Shown one piece after another: positions 19,067 through 29,047 of a stretch of 50,556 nucleotides of DNA; positions within the stretch are counted from its first letter, which is position 1, and each line of letters begins with the position of its first letter. Under the pieces are notes generated by a model that saw only the letters and a program-made list of their open reading frames with translations, had not been told where the DNA came from and made no database searches. Made by a program: the position numbers and the translations under genes. This DNA comes from Acidimicrobiales bacterium (GTDB lineage Bacteria > Actinomycetota > Acidimicrobiia > Acidimicrobiales > RAAP-2), in the NCBI GenBank assembly GCA_036495505.1, contig DASXMT010000451.1:1-50556 (forward strand). The letters run 5' to 3'.

Positions 19067-19197
19067 TAGGCCGAAGCCGCGCCGATCCGGCCGGACCGCC
19101 GCCGGATCCCAGCCCCACGGGAGCGCTTGTTCCCGCAGGTAAGGGCGGCCCGAGTCGGCGTACCATGTTCGACGTCCAGCGCCCCGAGGAGGCCCAC

Positions 19198-19584
19198 GTG
19201 ACTACCACCGAACCGTCGGCGGAACCGCCACCGCCACAAGCCCCGGGCGCGGCACCCCAGTTCCCCATCACCACCACGCTCGAGTTCCCCGAGTGGCGGA
19301 TCGAGCGGAGCATGGGCATGGTCTTCGGCGTCGTCGTCCGTTCTATGGGCATGGCCAAGGGCTTCGCCGCCGGGTTCAAGTCCATGGCCGGCGGCGAGGT
19401 CAAGCAGTACACGAGGCTGGTGGAAGACAGCCGTCGCCACGCCATGGACCGGATGATCGAGAACGCCACCGTGCTCGGCGCCAACGCCATCGTGTCCATG
19501 CGATTCGACTCGTCCGAGGTCGGGCAGGCATTGACCGAGATCGTGGCCTACGGGACCGCGGTCGTCATCGGTCCCCGCGAGTGA
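19198..19584 (+). CDS. YbjQ/UPF0145 family protein
   Basis: The C-terminal ~105 aa (ITTTLEFPEWRIERSMGMVFGVVVRS...AIVSMRFDSSEV...AYGTAVVI) are YbjQ-like. GTG at 19198 lies 5 nt after GAGGAGG. An alternative ATG is at 19165. Confidence 0.75.
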   Translation: MTTTEPSAEPPPPQAPGAAPQFPITTTLEFPEWRIERSMGMVFGVVVRSMGMAKGFAAGFKSMAGGEVKQYTRLVEDSRRHAMDRMIENATVLGANAIVSMRFDSSEVGQALTEIVAYGTAVVIGPRE

Positions 19585-19618
19585 CGCCAGGGCTCACCTC
19601 TAGGCCCGGAGGCCCGCG

Positions 19619-19828
19619 GTGGTCGTGATCTGGGCCCTGTTGGGCGTGGTCTTGGTCGTCGTGGTCATCTTCAGCTTCTTCGTTCGCCGTCACGGCGAAG
19701 CGTCCCGACCCGATCCCGGCTGGACACCCACCGACGAGGTGTTCAAGGACCCGTCGACCGACCGGATCATGCGGGTCTGGGTCGACACGGCCGGCAATCG
19801 GCACTACGTCCCCAACCAGAGCCGCTGA
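19619..19828 (+). CDS. Small single-pass membrane protein (hypothetical)
   Basis: 69 aa. GTG at 19619 lies 6 nt after GGAGG (19608-19612). It has an N-terminal TM helix (VVIWALLGVVLVVVVIFSFFV) and a polar tail, and fits the gap between ybjQ and the hydrolase. Confidence 0.5.
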   Translation: MVVIWALLGVVLVVVVIFSFFVRRHGEASRPDPGWTPTDEVFKDPSTDRIMRVWVDTAGNRHYVPNQSR

Positions 19829-19862
19829 GCCCACGCCGTCGGGGTAGCGAGGGGCACGCCCG

Positions 19863-20987
19863 GTGATCAGCGGTAGCTGCATCGATGCATTCGGCGGCGT
19901 GCGGGAGGCCTTCGCCGCCAATTTCGCCGAGCGTGGCGAGGTGGGGGGCGCCGTCTGCGTGATCGTCGACGGACAGGTGGTCGTCGATCTGGTCGGGGGC
20001 TGGGCCGACCGGCTCCGGCAACGGCCCTGGCAACCGACCACGATGGTCGACTTCTATTCGGTCGGCAAAGCCATCGTGGGCCTGCTCCTGCTCCAGCTGG
20101 TCGATGCCGGGCTCATTGGTCTCGACGACCCGATCGCCTCGGTGTGGCCGGAGTTCGCCCGTGGCGGCAAGGGGGCGGCCACCGTACGCCACGCCCTGTC
20201 CCACCAGGCCGGGGTGCCGGCCATCCGCGAGCCCTTGACCAACGACGACCTGTGGCAGTGGGGACGCATGACGGCTGCCCTGGCCGCCACCGAGGCGTGG
20301 TGGAAACCGGGTACCCGCCACGCCTATCACACCAACACCTACGGCCATCTGGTCGGCGAGGTCATCAGGCGGGTCTCGGGTGAGATGCCGGGAACGAGAC
20401 TGCGCACCGTGGCCGAGGGGGTGGACGCCGACCTGTGGTTCGGGGTTCCCCTGCCCGAGCAGCACCGATGCGCCGAGGTCATCTGGGACTCCCCCATGGG
20501 GTCCACGGCCGTCGAGCTCGACGGGCTCACCGGGGATCCGTTGCTGGTGGCCCTCGGGTACTTCAATCCACCCGGGTATTCCTCCATCGGCGTGGTCAAC
20601 ACCACGGAATGGCGTAGCGCCCAGGTCCCATCGACCAACGGGCACGGCACCGCCACCGGCGTGGCGCGCTTCTATGCCGCCCTGTTGGAGCCCGGCCGGC
20701 TGATCTCGCCCGGCTTGTTGGCCGAGGCCACCAGCGTGCAGTCGGAGGGGTTCTGCCCGGTGCTGGGCGAGACGATGGCGTTCGGCCTGGGCTTCAAGCC
20801 CACCATCGCCCGCCGTCCTTTTGGCCCCAACCCGAGGAGCTTCGGCCATTTCGGCACCGGCGGTGCCGTGGGGTTCGCCGATCCGGACGCCGGGGTGGCG
20901 TTCGGCTACGTGATGAACCACGTGATCCCGAGGTGGCAGAGCTCGCGCAACCGCGCCCTCATCGATGCCCTCTACCGCTCGTTGTAA
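19863..20987 (+). CDS. Serine hydrolase, beta-lactamase/esterase (class C-like) family
   Basis: 374 aa with the SxxK motif (FYSVGKAIVG), LSHQAGVPA and a YHTN motif. Confidence 0.85.
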   Translation: MISGSCIDAFGGVREAFAANFAERGEVGGAVCVIVDGQVVVDLVGGWADRLRQRPWQPTTMVDFYSVGKAIVGLLLLQLVDAGLIGLDDPIASVWPEFARGGKGAATVRHALSHQAGVPAIREPLTNDDLWQWGRMTAALAATEAWWKPGTRHAYHTNTYGHLVGEVIRRVSGEMPGTRLRTVAEGVDADLWFGVPLPEQHRCAEVIWDSPMGSTAVELDGLTGDPLLVALGYFNPPGYSSIGVVNTTEWRSAQVPSTNGHGTATGVARFYAALLEPGRLISPGLLAEATSVQSEGFCPVLGETMAFGLGFKPTIARRPFGPNPRSFGHFGTGGAVGFADPDAGVAFGYVMNHVIPRWQSSRNRALIDALYRSL

Positions 20988-21086
20988 CCCGGCCTGACGC
21001 AGTCCCAGTCCCGGCCAGTCCCAGTCCCGGCCTGACGCAGTCCCAGTCCCGGCCATCCCAGTCCCGGTCATCCCAGTCCCCGGGTC
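20988..21086. repeat. Minisatellite of AGTCCC/AGTCCCGGCC units (GGGACT on the minus strand), with a 30-bp block repeated at 38-bp period
   Basis: CCCGGCCTGACGCAGTCCCAGTCCCGGCCA occurs at 20988-21017 and again at 21026-21055, followed by degenerate ATCCCAGTCCCGG(T/C)C units. There are eleven C3 tracts on the plus strand. Confidence 0.85.
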
Positions 21087-21107
21087 ATCGCTCCCTGAAC
21101 GCACATC

Positions 21108-21131
21108 GGCCGGACCCCGAAGGGCCCGGCC
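21108..21131. terminator. GC hairpin between convergent hydrolase and groEL genes (possible bidirectional terminator)
   Basis: GGCCGG-A-CCC-CGAA-GGG-C-CCGGCC gives 6+3 bp with one mismatch and a tetraloop. It lies 40 nt past the groEL stop. Confidence 0.4.
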
Positions 21132-21170
21132 GCGTGCACCATTCCTGCCGCCTGAGCGGCCGGAGGGGTG

Positions 21171-23116
<1,946 letters not shown>

Positions 23117-23141
23117 GTGATCGGGCCTCCTGTGGCACGCG

Positions 23142-23168
23142 TTAGCACTCGAACGTTGCGAGTGCTAA
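23142..23168 (-). promoter_or_regulatory. CIRCE operator (HrcA binding site)
   Basis: TTAGCACTC-N9-GAGTGCTAA is a perfect match to the CIRCE consensus. It lies 26 nt upstream of the groES ATG. Confidence 0.9.
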
Positions 23169-23196
23169 CGATAGCGAGCCGTCACGCCCGAGGCAA
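23168..23196 (-). promoter_or_regulatory. Candidate groESL promoter
   Basis: On the minus strand, TTGCCT (23196-23191), a 17-nt spacer and TATCGT (23173-23168) abut CIRCE. Confidence 0.45.
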
Positions 23197-23237
23197 CCGC
23201 GACATCATTACCGCAGGTCAGAGGGGGACTCAACCGT

Positions 23238-24251
23238 TCAGGCCTGAGGAACCAGCCGCAAATTCGGGTCGGCCCCGAGCGTCAGCGGGCTCGGATCGCC
23301 GTGGTTCAGGCGCCACCATCCGGCGGCGGCCACCATGGCGGCATTGTCGGTGCACAGGGCCCGGCTGGGCAGGAACGCCCCGATCCCGTCCTCGGAGCAG
23401 GCGGCCTCGACCCGGCGGCGCAGCAACGAGTTGGCCGCCACCCCGCCGGCCAGGCATATCGCCTTGGCCCCGACGTCGGCTGCGGCGCGCCGGGCCTTGG
23501 CCACCAGCACCTCCACCACGGCCTCCCGGAACGAGGCGGCCACGTCCTCGGTGGCCGCCTCTGGGTGCTTTCTCACCGTGTTGACCACCGACGTCTTGAG
23601 GCCGCTGAACGAGAAGTCGTAGCCCTCACCCAGGAAAGCCCGGGGAAAGGCGAAGGTGTTGGGGTCGCCGTCCTCGGCCACCCGGTCGATGGCCGGCCCA
23701 CCGGGATAGCCGAGACCGAGAAAGCGGGCGACCTTGTCGAACGCCTCCCCGGCCGCGTCGTCGATGGTCCCACCGAGCAGCCGGTAGCGCCCCGGGGCCG
23801 TCACCTCGATGAGGAGCGTGTGGCCGCCGGAGACGAGGAGCACCACCAGGGGCCACCCCAGGTCGGGCTGCTCGAGCAGGGAGGCGAACAGGTGGGCTTC
23901 GAGGTGGTTCACTCCTACGAAGGGCACATCCCAGGCCAGGGCCAAGGACTTGGCCTCGGCCACGCCGACCAGCAGGGAGCCGATGAGACCCGGGCCGTAG
24001 GTCACGGCCACGGCGTCGATCCCGGTCCCCGAGGGATCCGATCCGGCGGCATCGAGCGCATCAGCAAGGATGGGCGTCAACAGCTCGACATGGGCTCGAC
24101 CGGCCAGTTCGGGCACGACGCCCCCGTAGCGGGCGTGCAGGTCGATCTGGCTGGCCACCACCGAGGAGGCGATGGAGGCTCCGCGGTCAACCACCGAGGC
24201 CGCCGTCTCGTCACATGACGTCTCGATGCCCAGCACCCGGTCGATGGTCAC
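23238..24251 (-). CDS. tsaD: tRNA N6-adenosine threonylcarbamoyltransferase
   Basis: 337 aa with VLGIETSCDETAASVV, HLEAH, GGHT and GGVAANS. GTG at 24251 overlaps the rimI stop (GTGA). Confidence 0.95.
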   Translation of the reverse strand: MTIDRVLGIETSCDETAASVVDRGASIASSVVASQIDLHARYGGVVPELAGRAHVELLTPILADALDAAGSDPSGTGIDAVAVTYGPGLIGSLLVGVAEAKSLALAWDVPFVGVNHLEAHLFASLLEQPDLGWPLVVLLVSGGHTLLIEVTAPGRYRLLGGTIDDAAGEAFDKVARFLGLGYPGGPAIDRVAEDGDPNTFAFPRAFLGEGYDFSFSGLKTSVVNTVRKHPEAATEDVAASFREAVVEVLVAKARRAAADVGAKAICLAGGVAANSLLRRRVEAACSEDGIGAFLPSRALCTDNAAMVAAAGWWRLNHGDPSPLTLGADPNLRLVPQA

Positions 24252-24790
24252 CAGGTCACGCTCAGATCAGGAGGGAGCTCGGCCTCGATCGACGCCAGTC
24301 GAGCCTGGTAGGTGTCGGAATCGATCGATCGGGCCCACATCACCAGTGCATCCTCGCCTGTTTCGGCGTAATAGTTGGGGCGAAGGCCCACGGGGGCCAT
24401 CCCGAAGCGCCGGTACAGGGCCAGGGCGGGCTCGTTGCCCACCCGGACCTCGAGGGTGAGATGCCGTGATCCCCGGTCGACAGCCGAACGGGCCAGGTCG
24501 AGCATGAGCACGGTGGCGATCCCCCGCCCCTGCCAGGACGGATCCACTGCGATGTTGTTCACGTGGGCGTCCTCCTCGATGAGCATCAGCCCGGCGAACC
24601 CGACGATGTCCCGGTTCACCCACGCCGTCCGGTAGATGCGGGACTTCCGTTGGGACAGTTCGTCGGCGAACAGCCGGTGGGACCACGGGCGCGGGTACAC
24701 CGCCTCTTCGATGGCCAACACCCCCCGGAGGTCGCGCGTGCGCATGGCGGCCAACCGCAGATCGACCTGGGCGGGCGAGCTGGCGTTCAC
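24248..24790 (-). CDS. rimI: Ribosomal-protein-alanine N-acetyltransferase (GNAT)
   Basis: 180 aa with the GNAT core (NIAVDPSWQGRGIATVLM, LEVRVGNEPALALYRRFGM), in the conserved tsaB-rimI-tsaD position. Confidence 0.85.
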   Translation of the reverse strand: MNASSPAQVDLRLAAMRTRDLRGVLAIEEAVYPRPWSHRLFADELSQRKSRIYRTAWVNRDIVGFAGLMLIEEDAHVNNIAVDPSWQGRGIATVLMLDLARSAVDRGSRHLTLEVRVGNEPALALYRRFGMAPVGLRPNYYAETGEDALVMWARSIDSDTYQARLASIEAELPPDLSVTW

Positions 24791-25602
24791 GACGCCCGCC
24801 CCGCGCCGGGCTCGATGTCATCGGCCGACGGTGGGGACGGAGCCACCGGGACCCGCTGTTCCCAGTTGATGGTGGCATCAGCCTCCCGCAGGTAGTGCGG
24901 CAGGACGTCCACCGGGTCCGAGGCCCTGGCGCCACCCTGGAGCCGGAGGCGAGCCAGCCGAGCCAGGGTCTCGGGCGGGGGCGCCAGCAGCGGAGGCCCG
25001 GGCAGCGGCTCAGCCGAGGGAAGCTGATCGAACAGCGCCTGGTAGCGGGCGACCCCGTTCCCCACCAGGACCATCGGACCGTCATCGGCGGCGCGGGCCA
25101 ACTCGTCCACCAGGGCCCCGGGATCGAAGCGCGCCGCAGCCGACACTTGGCCGTTCGCCGGATCCCACGCCGAGGCCGTGGCGCCGTCGAAGCGGTAGCG
25201 GGCGGCGAAGACCTCGCTGCGGCGGGCGTCGACCGCGGCCACCACCTGACAGGGCGAACCGGCCGGCCGCTGGCACATGGCCGCCGCGGCCAGGATGTCG
25301 AGGCTCTCGACCCCCACGACCCCGATGCCCAGCCCTTGGGCCAGGGCCTTGGCCGTGGCCACCCCCACTCGGAGCCCGGTGAACAGCCCAGGGCCGACAT
25401 CCACGGCGATGACGTCGACGGCGGCCAGGGGTACACCGGCGTCCCGGCATACCTGCTGCAGGGCCGGAGCCAGGGCCTCGGCGTGACGCCGGCCACCCGT
25501 CTCGGTGACAGCCGGCCCCGGGGCGACCTCGCCCAGGATGGCCGCTCCGACCAGGTCCGTGGCCGACTCGAGGGCGAGAACGATCACCGCGGCGCCGCCC
25601 AT
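24787..25602 (-). CDS. tsaB: tRNA t6A biosynthesis protein TsaB
   Basis: MGGAAVIVLALESATDLVGAAIL...VDVGPGLFTGLRVGVATAKALA is YeaZ/TsaB-like. The chosen ATG is at 25602. The upstream part of the 450-aa ORF-track ORF overlaps tsaE. Confidence 0.85.
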   Translation of the reverse strand: MGGAAVIVLALESATDLVGAAILGEVAPGPAVTETGGRRHAEALAPALQQVCRDAGVPLAAVDVIAVDVGPGLFTGLRVGVATAKALAQGLGIGVVGVESLDILAAAAMCQRPAGSPCQVVAAVDARRSEVFAARYRFDGATASAWDPANGQVSAAARFDPGALVDELARAADDGPMVLVGNGVARYQALFDQLPSAEPLPGPPLLAPPPETLARLARLRLQGGARASDPVDVLPHYLREADATINWEQRVPVAPSPPSADDIEPGAGRAS

Positions 25603-26150
25603 GGTTCGAGCGCGGCCACCAGGTGCGTCCAGCGACCGTCCCAGGCCGTGCCGATGGGGGCGATGGCGATCGAGCGGACGTCCTCGTCGGCCCCGGCGCT
25701 GCCCCCGCCGGCCACGGCGCTGCCCTCGCCGGCTGGGCCCGCGGCGATGTGGACGGTCAGCGATCCCGAGCCCAGAACAGGCTCGGCCATGTCGCCCCAC
25801 TCCACCACGGCGACCCCGCCGTCCTCGACCAGCTGACCGAGCCCGAGGTCGACGATCTCTTGGAGGTGGTCGAGGCGGTAGACGTCGGCATGGAGCAACG
25901 TCCGGACCGGCCCGTCGCCACAGGGGTACTGGCGGACCAGGGCGAATGTCGGGCTGGTGACGGGCTCCCTCACCCCGAGGGCGGCCCCGAACCCCTGGGC
26001 GAACGCGGTCTTGCCCGCGCCCAGGTCGCCGGCCAGCAACACGATGTCGCCGGGCACACAGAGGGGGGCCACCGCCCCGGCCAGCGAGCGCGTCCCCTCG
26101 ACGTCGGTGGTGAGGCAGCGCACCGCCGCACCGGGCCACCCGCCGCTCAC
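25584..26150 (-). CDS. tsaE: tRNA t6A biosynthesis ATPase TsaE
   Basis: Contains GDLGAGKTAFAQG (P-loop), VTSPTFALV and HADVYRL. GTG at 26150 overlaps the udg stop (GTGA). There is a 19-nt overlap with tsaB. Confidence 0.85.
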   Translation of the reverse strand: MSGGWPGAAVRCLTTDVEGTRSLAGAVAPLCVPGDIVLLAGDLGAGKTAFAQGFGAALGVREPVTSPTFALVRQYPCGDGPVRTLLHADVYRLDHLQEIVDLGLGQLVEDGGVAVVEWGDMAEPVLGSGSLTVHIAAGPAGEGSAVAGGGSAGADEDVRSIAIAPIGTAWDGRWTHLVAALEPWAAPR

Positions 26151-26716
26151 GACGCCCAGCCGAGGAGCCGCTTGGCCCTGATCAGGTCGGCGCGCATCTC
26201 GGCCACCACCGCGCCGCCCGATCGCAGCGCGGCGGCCGGATGGTAGGTCGGCACCAGGCGACCCTGGCCGAAGGGGTATGACCGTCCCCGAACCGACCGG
26301 ATGCCGTCGGTCGTCTCCAGGAGTAACTTCATGGCGAAGTTCCCCAGAGTCACCACCACGGTGGGCTGGATGAGATCGATTTGGGCGGTCAGGTACGGAC
26401 GGCAGGTGGCGATCTCGATGGGCCGCGGGTCGCGGTTGTCCGGCGGGCGGCACTTGACCACGTTTGCGATGTAGCAGGCGCTGCGATCGATTCCGAGCTC
26501 CTCGGCCATCAGCCGGTCGAGCAGCTTGCCCGATCGGCCCACGAAGGGTTCGCCCTGGAGATCCTCTTCTCGCCCCGGCGCTTCCCCCACGAACATCAAG
26601 TCGGCACGCGGATCCCCCACCCCGAAGACCACCTGGGTGCGATGCTCCGACAGGGGGCACCGCGTACACGTCGTCGCCTCCAGGGCAAGGTCGGCCAATG
26701 CGGTCGGCTCGGCCAC
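26147..26716 (-). CDS. Uracil-DNA glycosylase, family 4
   Basis: Contains [35 protein letters not shown] and YHPAA. The chosen start is GTG at 26716. The ORF-track start at 26821 would overlap the upstream gene by 56 nt. Confidence 0.85.
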   Translation of the reverse strand: MAEPTALADLALEATTCTRCPLSEHRTQVVFGVGDPRADLMFVGEAPGREEDLQGEPFVGRSGKLLDRLMAEELGIDRSACYIANVVKCRPPDNRDPRPIEIATCRPYLTAQIDLIQPTVVVTLGNFAMKLLLETTDGIRSVRGRSYPFGQGRLVPTYHPAAALRSGGAVVAEMRADLIRAKRLLGWAS

Positions 26717-26765
26717 GGGGCGAATCGTACCGCCACTCAGCAATCTGTCGTTCGGGCTGTGCCGG

Positions 26766-27794
26766 TCAGGCCGCGCCCGTGCCGCGCTCGAGTGACACCG
26801 AGAACCGGTGGAGCAGGTCATTGAGCTCGTCGGGCCGCTCGAGCATCACCATGTGCCCGCACCCCGGCAGCACCTCGAGGACAGCATGGGGAATGCCCGC
26901 GGCCATCCGGCGGGCATGGAAGGGGGGCAGGAGCAGGTCACGCGATCCGACCACGATTCGGGTGGGCAGCCGAATCTCGCCGAGTCGGGCCCGCAGGTCG
27001 AACCCGACCAACGAGACCAGGAGGTCGGCCATCGCCGTCGGGGACATGGCCGAGGTCAAAGAGCGGGTCAGCTCCAGGTCGAGGGCGGTGGGCCGGGAGC
27101 CGAAGGCCATCCGGGTCGACCACGAAGCCAGGTCCTCGCCTGGAAATAGCCCTCGCCCCTTTCGCCCGGCCGAAGCCAGGCTACGACCGGTGAGCGCCGC
27201 CATCCTGTCGGTGACCACGGGCCACAGCGGCACGCCGGTCACGGGTCCGGCCGTGGTCCCCACCAACACGAGACCGGCCACATGCTCGGCCATCCGGTCC
27301 GGCTCGGCTAACGCCGCGGTGAGCGAGACCATGCCTCCCATGGAGTGGCCGACAAGCACCGCGTTGCGAACGTCCAAGGCCTCCAGGACGTCCAGGACGT
27401 CCTGGGCCAGGCGATCGAAGCTGTAGCCGTCGTCACCGGCCACCGACGGGCCGTGGCCCCGCTGGTCGATGGCGATGACCCGATGGCGGCCGGCCAGCGC
27501 GGCGAACTGACGGACCCACACCGCGTCCGACAGCGTCACTCCGTGAACCAGGACGATGGGCCGCCCCTGGCCGAGCTCGACGGCATGGATCACCCCGCCG
27601 TCGCTGGTGGCCACGTCGTGATGCACCAGCTCGTCGACCATCCTCAGGCCGGCTTCGGCCAATGCGTCGTCGCCTGCCCGCCACCGGCGCGTCCAGTGCC
27701 GCTGAGCGGCAAAGGCGCCGCCCGCGGCGAGCGCCGCGGCTGCGGCGCCGGCGGCGATCAACCGGCGTGACGGGCGCGGCAGCGAGCGCCTCAC
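26766..27794 (-). CDS. Alpha/beta-fold hydrolase with N-terminal hydrophobic/signal segment
   Basis: 342 aa with [36 protein letters not shown] and the nucleophile elbow GHSMGG. GTG at 27794 overlaps the alr stop (GTGA). Confidence 0.8.
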   Translation of the reverse strand: MRRSLPRPSRRLIAAGAAAAALAAGGAFAAQRHWTRRWRAGDDALAEAGLRMVDELVHHDVATSDGGVIHAVELGQGRPIVLVHGVTLSDAVWVRQFAALAGRHRVIAIDQRGHGPSVAGDDGYSFDRLAQDVLDVLEALDVRNAVLVGHSMGGMVSLTAALAEPDRMAEHVAGLVLVGTTAGPVTGVPLWPVVTDRMAALTGRSLASAGRKGRGLFPGEDLASWSTRMAFGSRPTALDLELTRSLTSAMSPTAMADLLVSLVGFDLRARLGEIRLPTRIVVGSRDLLLPPFHARRMAAGIPHAVLEVLPGCGHMVMLERPDELNDLLHRFSVSLERGTGAA

Positions 27795-29047
27795 CTCTGG
27801 CTGCCACCAGCGGAGGACGCCGACTCACGGTCCTGCGCTGGCTGGGCAGCCGGGCCGGCGGCTGTGCCGGTCCCGTCGGTGGGTGCGTTCGTCGCTACCC
27901 GGGGGACCCGGGGACCGATGCCGCACAGCACCTCGTAGCTGATGGTTCCGAGGAGGTCGGCCCACTCGGTGGCGGTGACCGTGGCGTCGGCCTGACGCCC
28001 CAGAAGGACCACCTCATCGCCTACCGCGGGGATTGTCGGCCCTGGCGGCCCACAGTCGATCACGATCTGATCCATGGTGACCATGCCGGCCAGCGGACGG
28101 CGGATCCCCCCCACCAGCACCTGGCCGCCGCATTCGAACAGGCGGCGGGGCACCCCGTCGGCGTATCCGATCGGAACGGTGGCCACGATCGACCGCTCCG
28201 GCAGAGGGCGGCGCCGGCCATAGGAGGGCCGTTCACCCTTCTGCAGCTCTCGGATGTAGGTCACCTCCGCCTTCAGCGAGAGGGCAGATCGCAGCCGGCC
28301 ACCGCCGGTGGCATCGGCCAGCACACCGGCATGAGCCGGAATGGGCAGTTCCCCGTAGACGGCGATGCCGCAGCGAACCAGATCGCGCCTCGCTCGGGGA
28401 TGGGCGATGGTCCCGGCCGAGTTGGCCGCGTGGACGAGGGCCGGCCGGTGGCCGGCCCGGTCCAGTTGGGCCAGCGTGGCGTCGAGGAGGGCCAGCTGCT
28501 CGCGGGTGAACTGCACGTCGCCGTCCGCCGGGCCATCGGCCACAGCCAGGTGGGTCCACACCCCCTGCAGGGCCAGGTTGGCCCGAGCGCCGATCAGGTC
28601 GGCCAGGAACACGGCGTCAGCGGGCTCGGCGCCGACCCGGTGCATGCCGGTGTCGATCTTGAGGTGGACCGGGAGCGGGGCAGTGACGGCCGCCGAGGCG
28701 GCGGCCACCGAGCGAATCCCCCGTTCGGTGTACACCGTGGGCACCAGGTTTCGGGCCACCGCCTCGGCCACGGCATCGGCCGGTGGTTCGGAGAGGAGCA
28801 GGATCGGCGCCTCGATCCCCGCTTCGCGCAACACAACTCCCTCTTCCACCAGGGCCACGGCCAACCAGGTCGCGCCGCCGTCCAGCGCCGCCCGGGCCAC
28901 GTCCACCGATCCGTGCCCATAACCGTCTGCCTTGACCACGGCGCTCAGCGCCGCCGGCCCGGCCAGTTCGACCAGCAGTGCGGCGTTGTGCCTGATGGCG
29001 TCCAGGTCCACCTCGGCCCAGGCCGGGCGCCACCGTCCCCTACCCAT
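27791..29047 (-). CDS. alr: Alanine racemase
   Basis: AWAEVDLDAIRHNA, AVVKADGYGHG (PLP lysine), SYGRR and VTMDQ. The chosen ATG at 29047 overlaps nnr by 8 nt. There is a ~35-aa low-complexity C-terminal tail. Confidence 0.9.
   Translation of the reverse strand: MGRGRWRPAWAEVDLDAIRHNAALLVELAGPAALSAVVKADGYGHGSVDVARAALDGGATWLAVALVEEGVVLREAGIEAPILLLSEPPADAVAEAVARNLVPTVYTERGIRSVAAASAAVTAPLPVHLKIDTGMHRVGAEPADAVFLADLIGARANLALQGVWTHLAVADGPADGDVQFTREQLALLDATLAQLDRAGHRPALVHAANSAGTIAHPRARRDLVRCGIAVYGELPIPAHAGVLADATGGGRLRSALSLKAEVTYIRELQKGERPSYGRRRPLPERSIVATVPIGYADGVPRRLFECGGQVLVGGIRRPLAGMVTMDQIVIDCGPPGPTIPAVGDEVVLLGRQADATVTATEWADLLGTISYEVLCGIGPRVPRVATNAPTDGTGTAAGPAAQPAQDRESASSAGGSQR

Noticed and set aside
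19767-21104. 445-aa minus-strand ORF
   Set aside because: It lies antisense to the SxxK serine hydrolase and runs through the minisatellite. It has no recognisable motifs.
26717-26821. UDG beginning at the ORF-track start 26821
   Set aside because: It would overlap the alpha/beta hydrolase 3' end by 56 nt and add 35 residues of Ser/Arg-rich sequence. GTG at 26716 gives the ~15-residue lead before the CxxC motif that is typical of family-4 UDGs.
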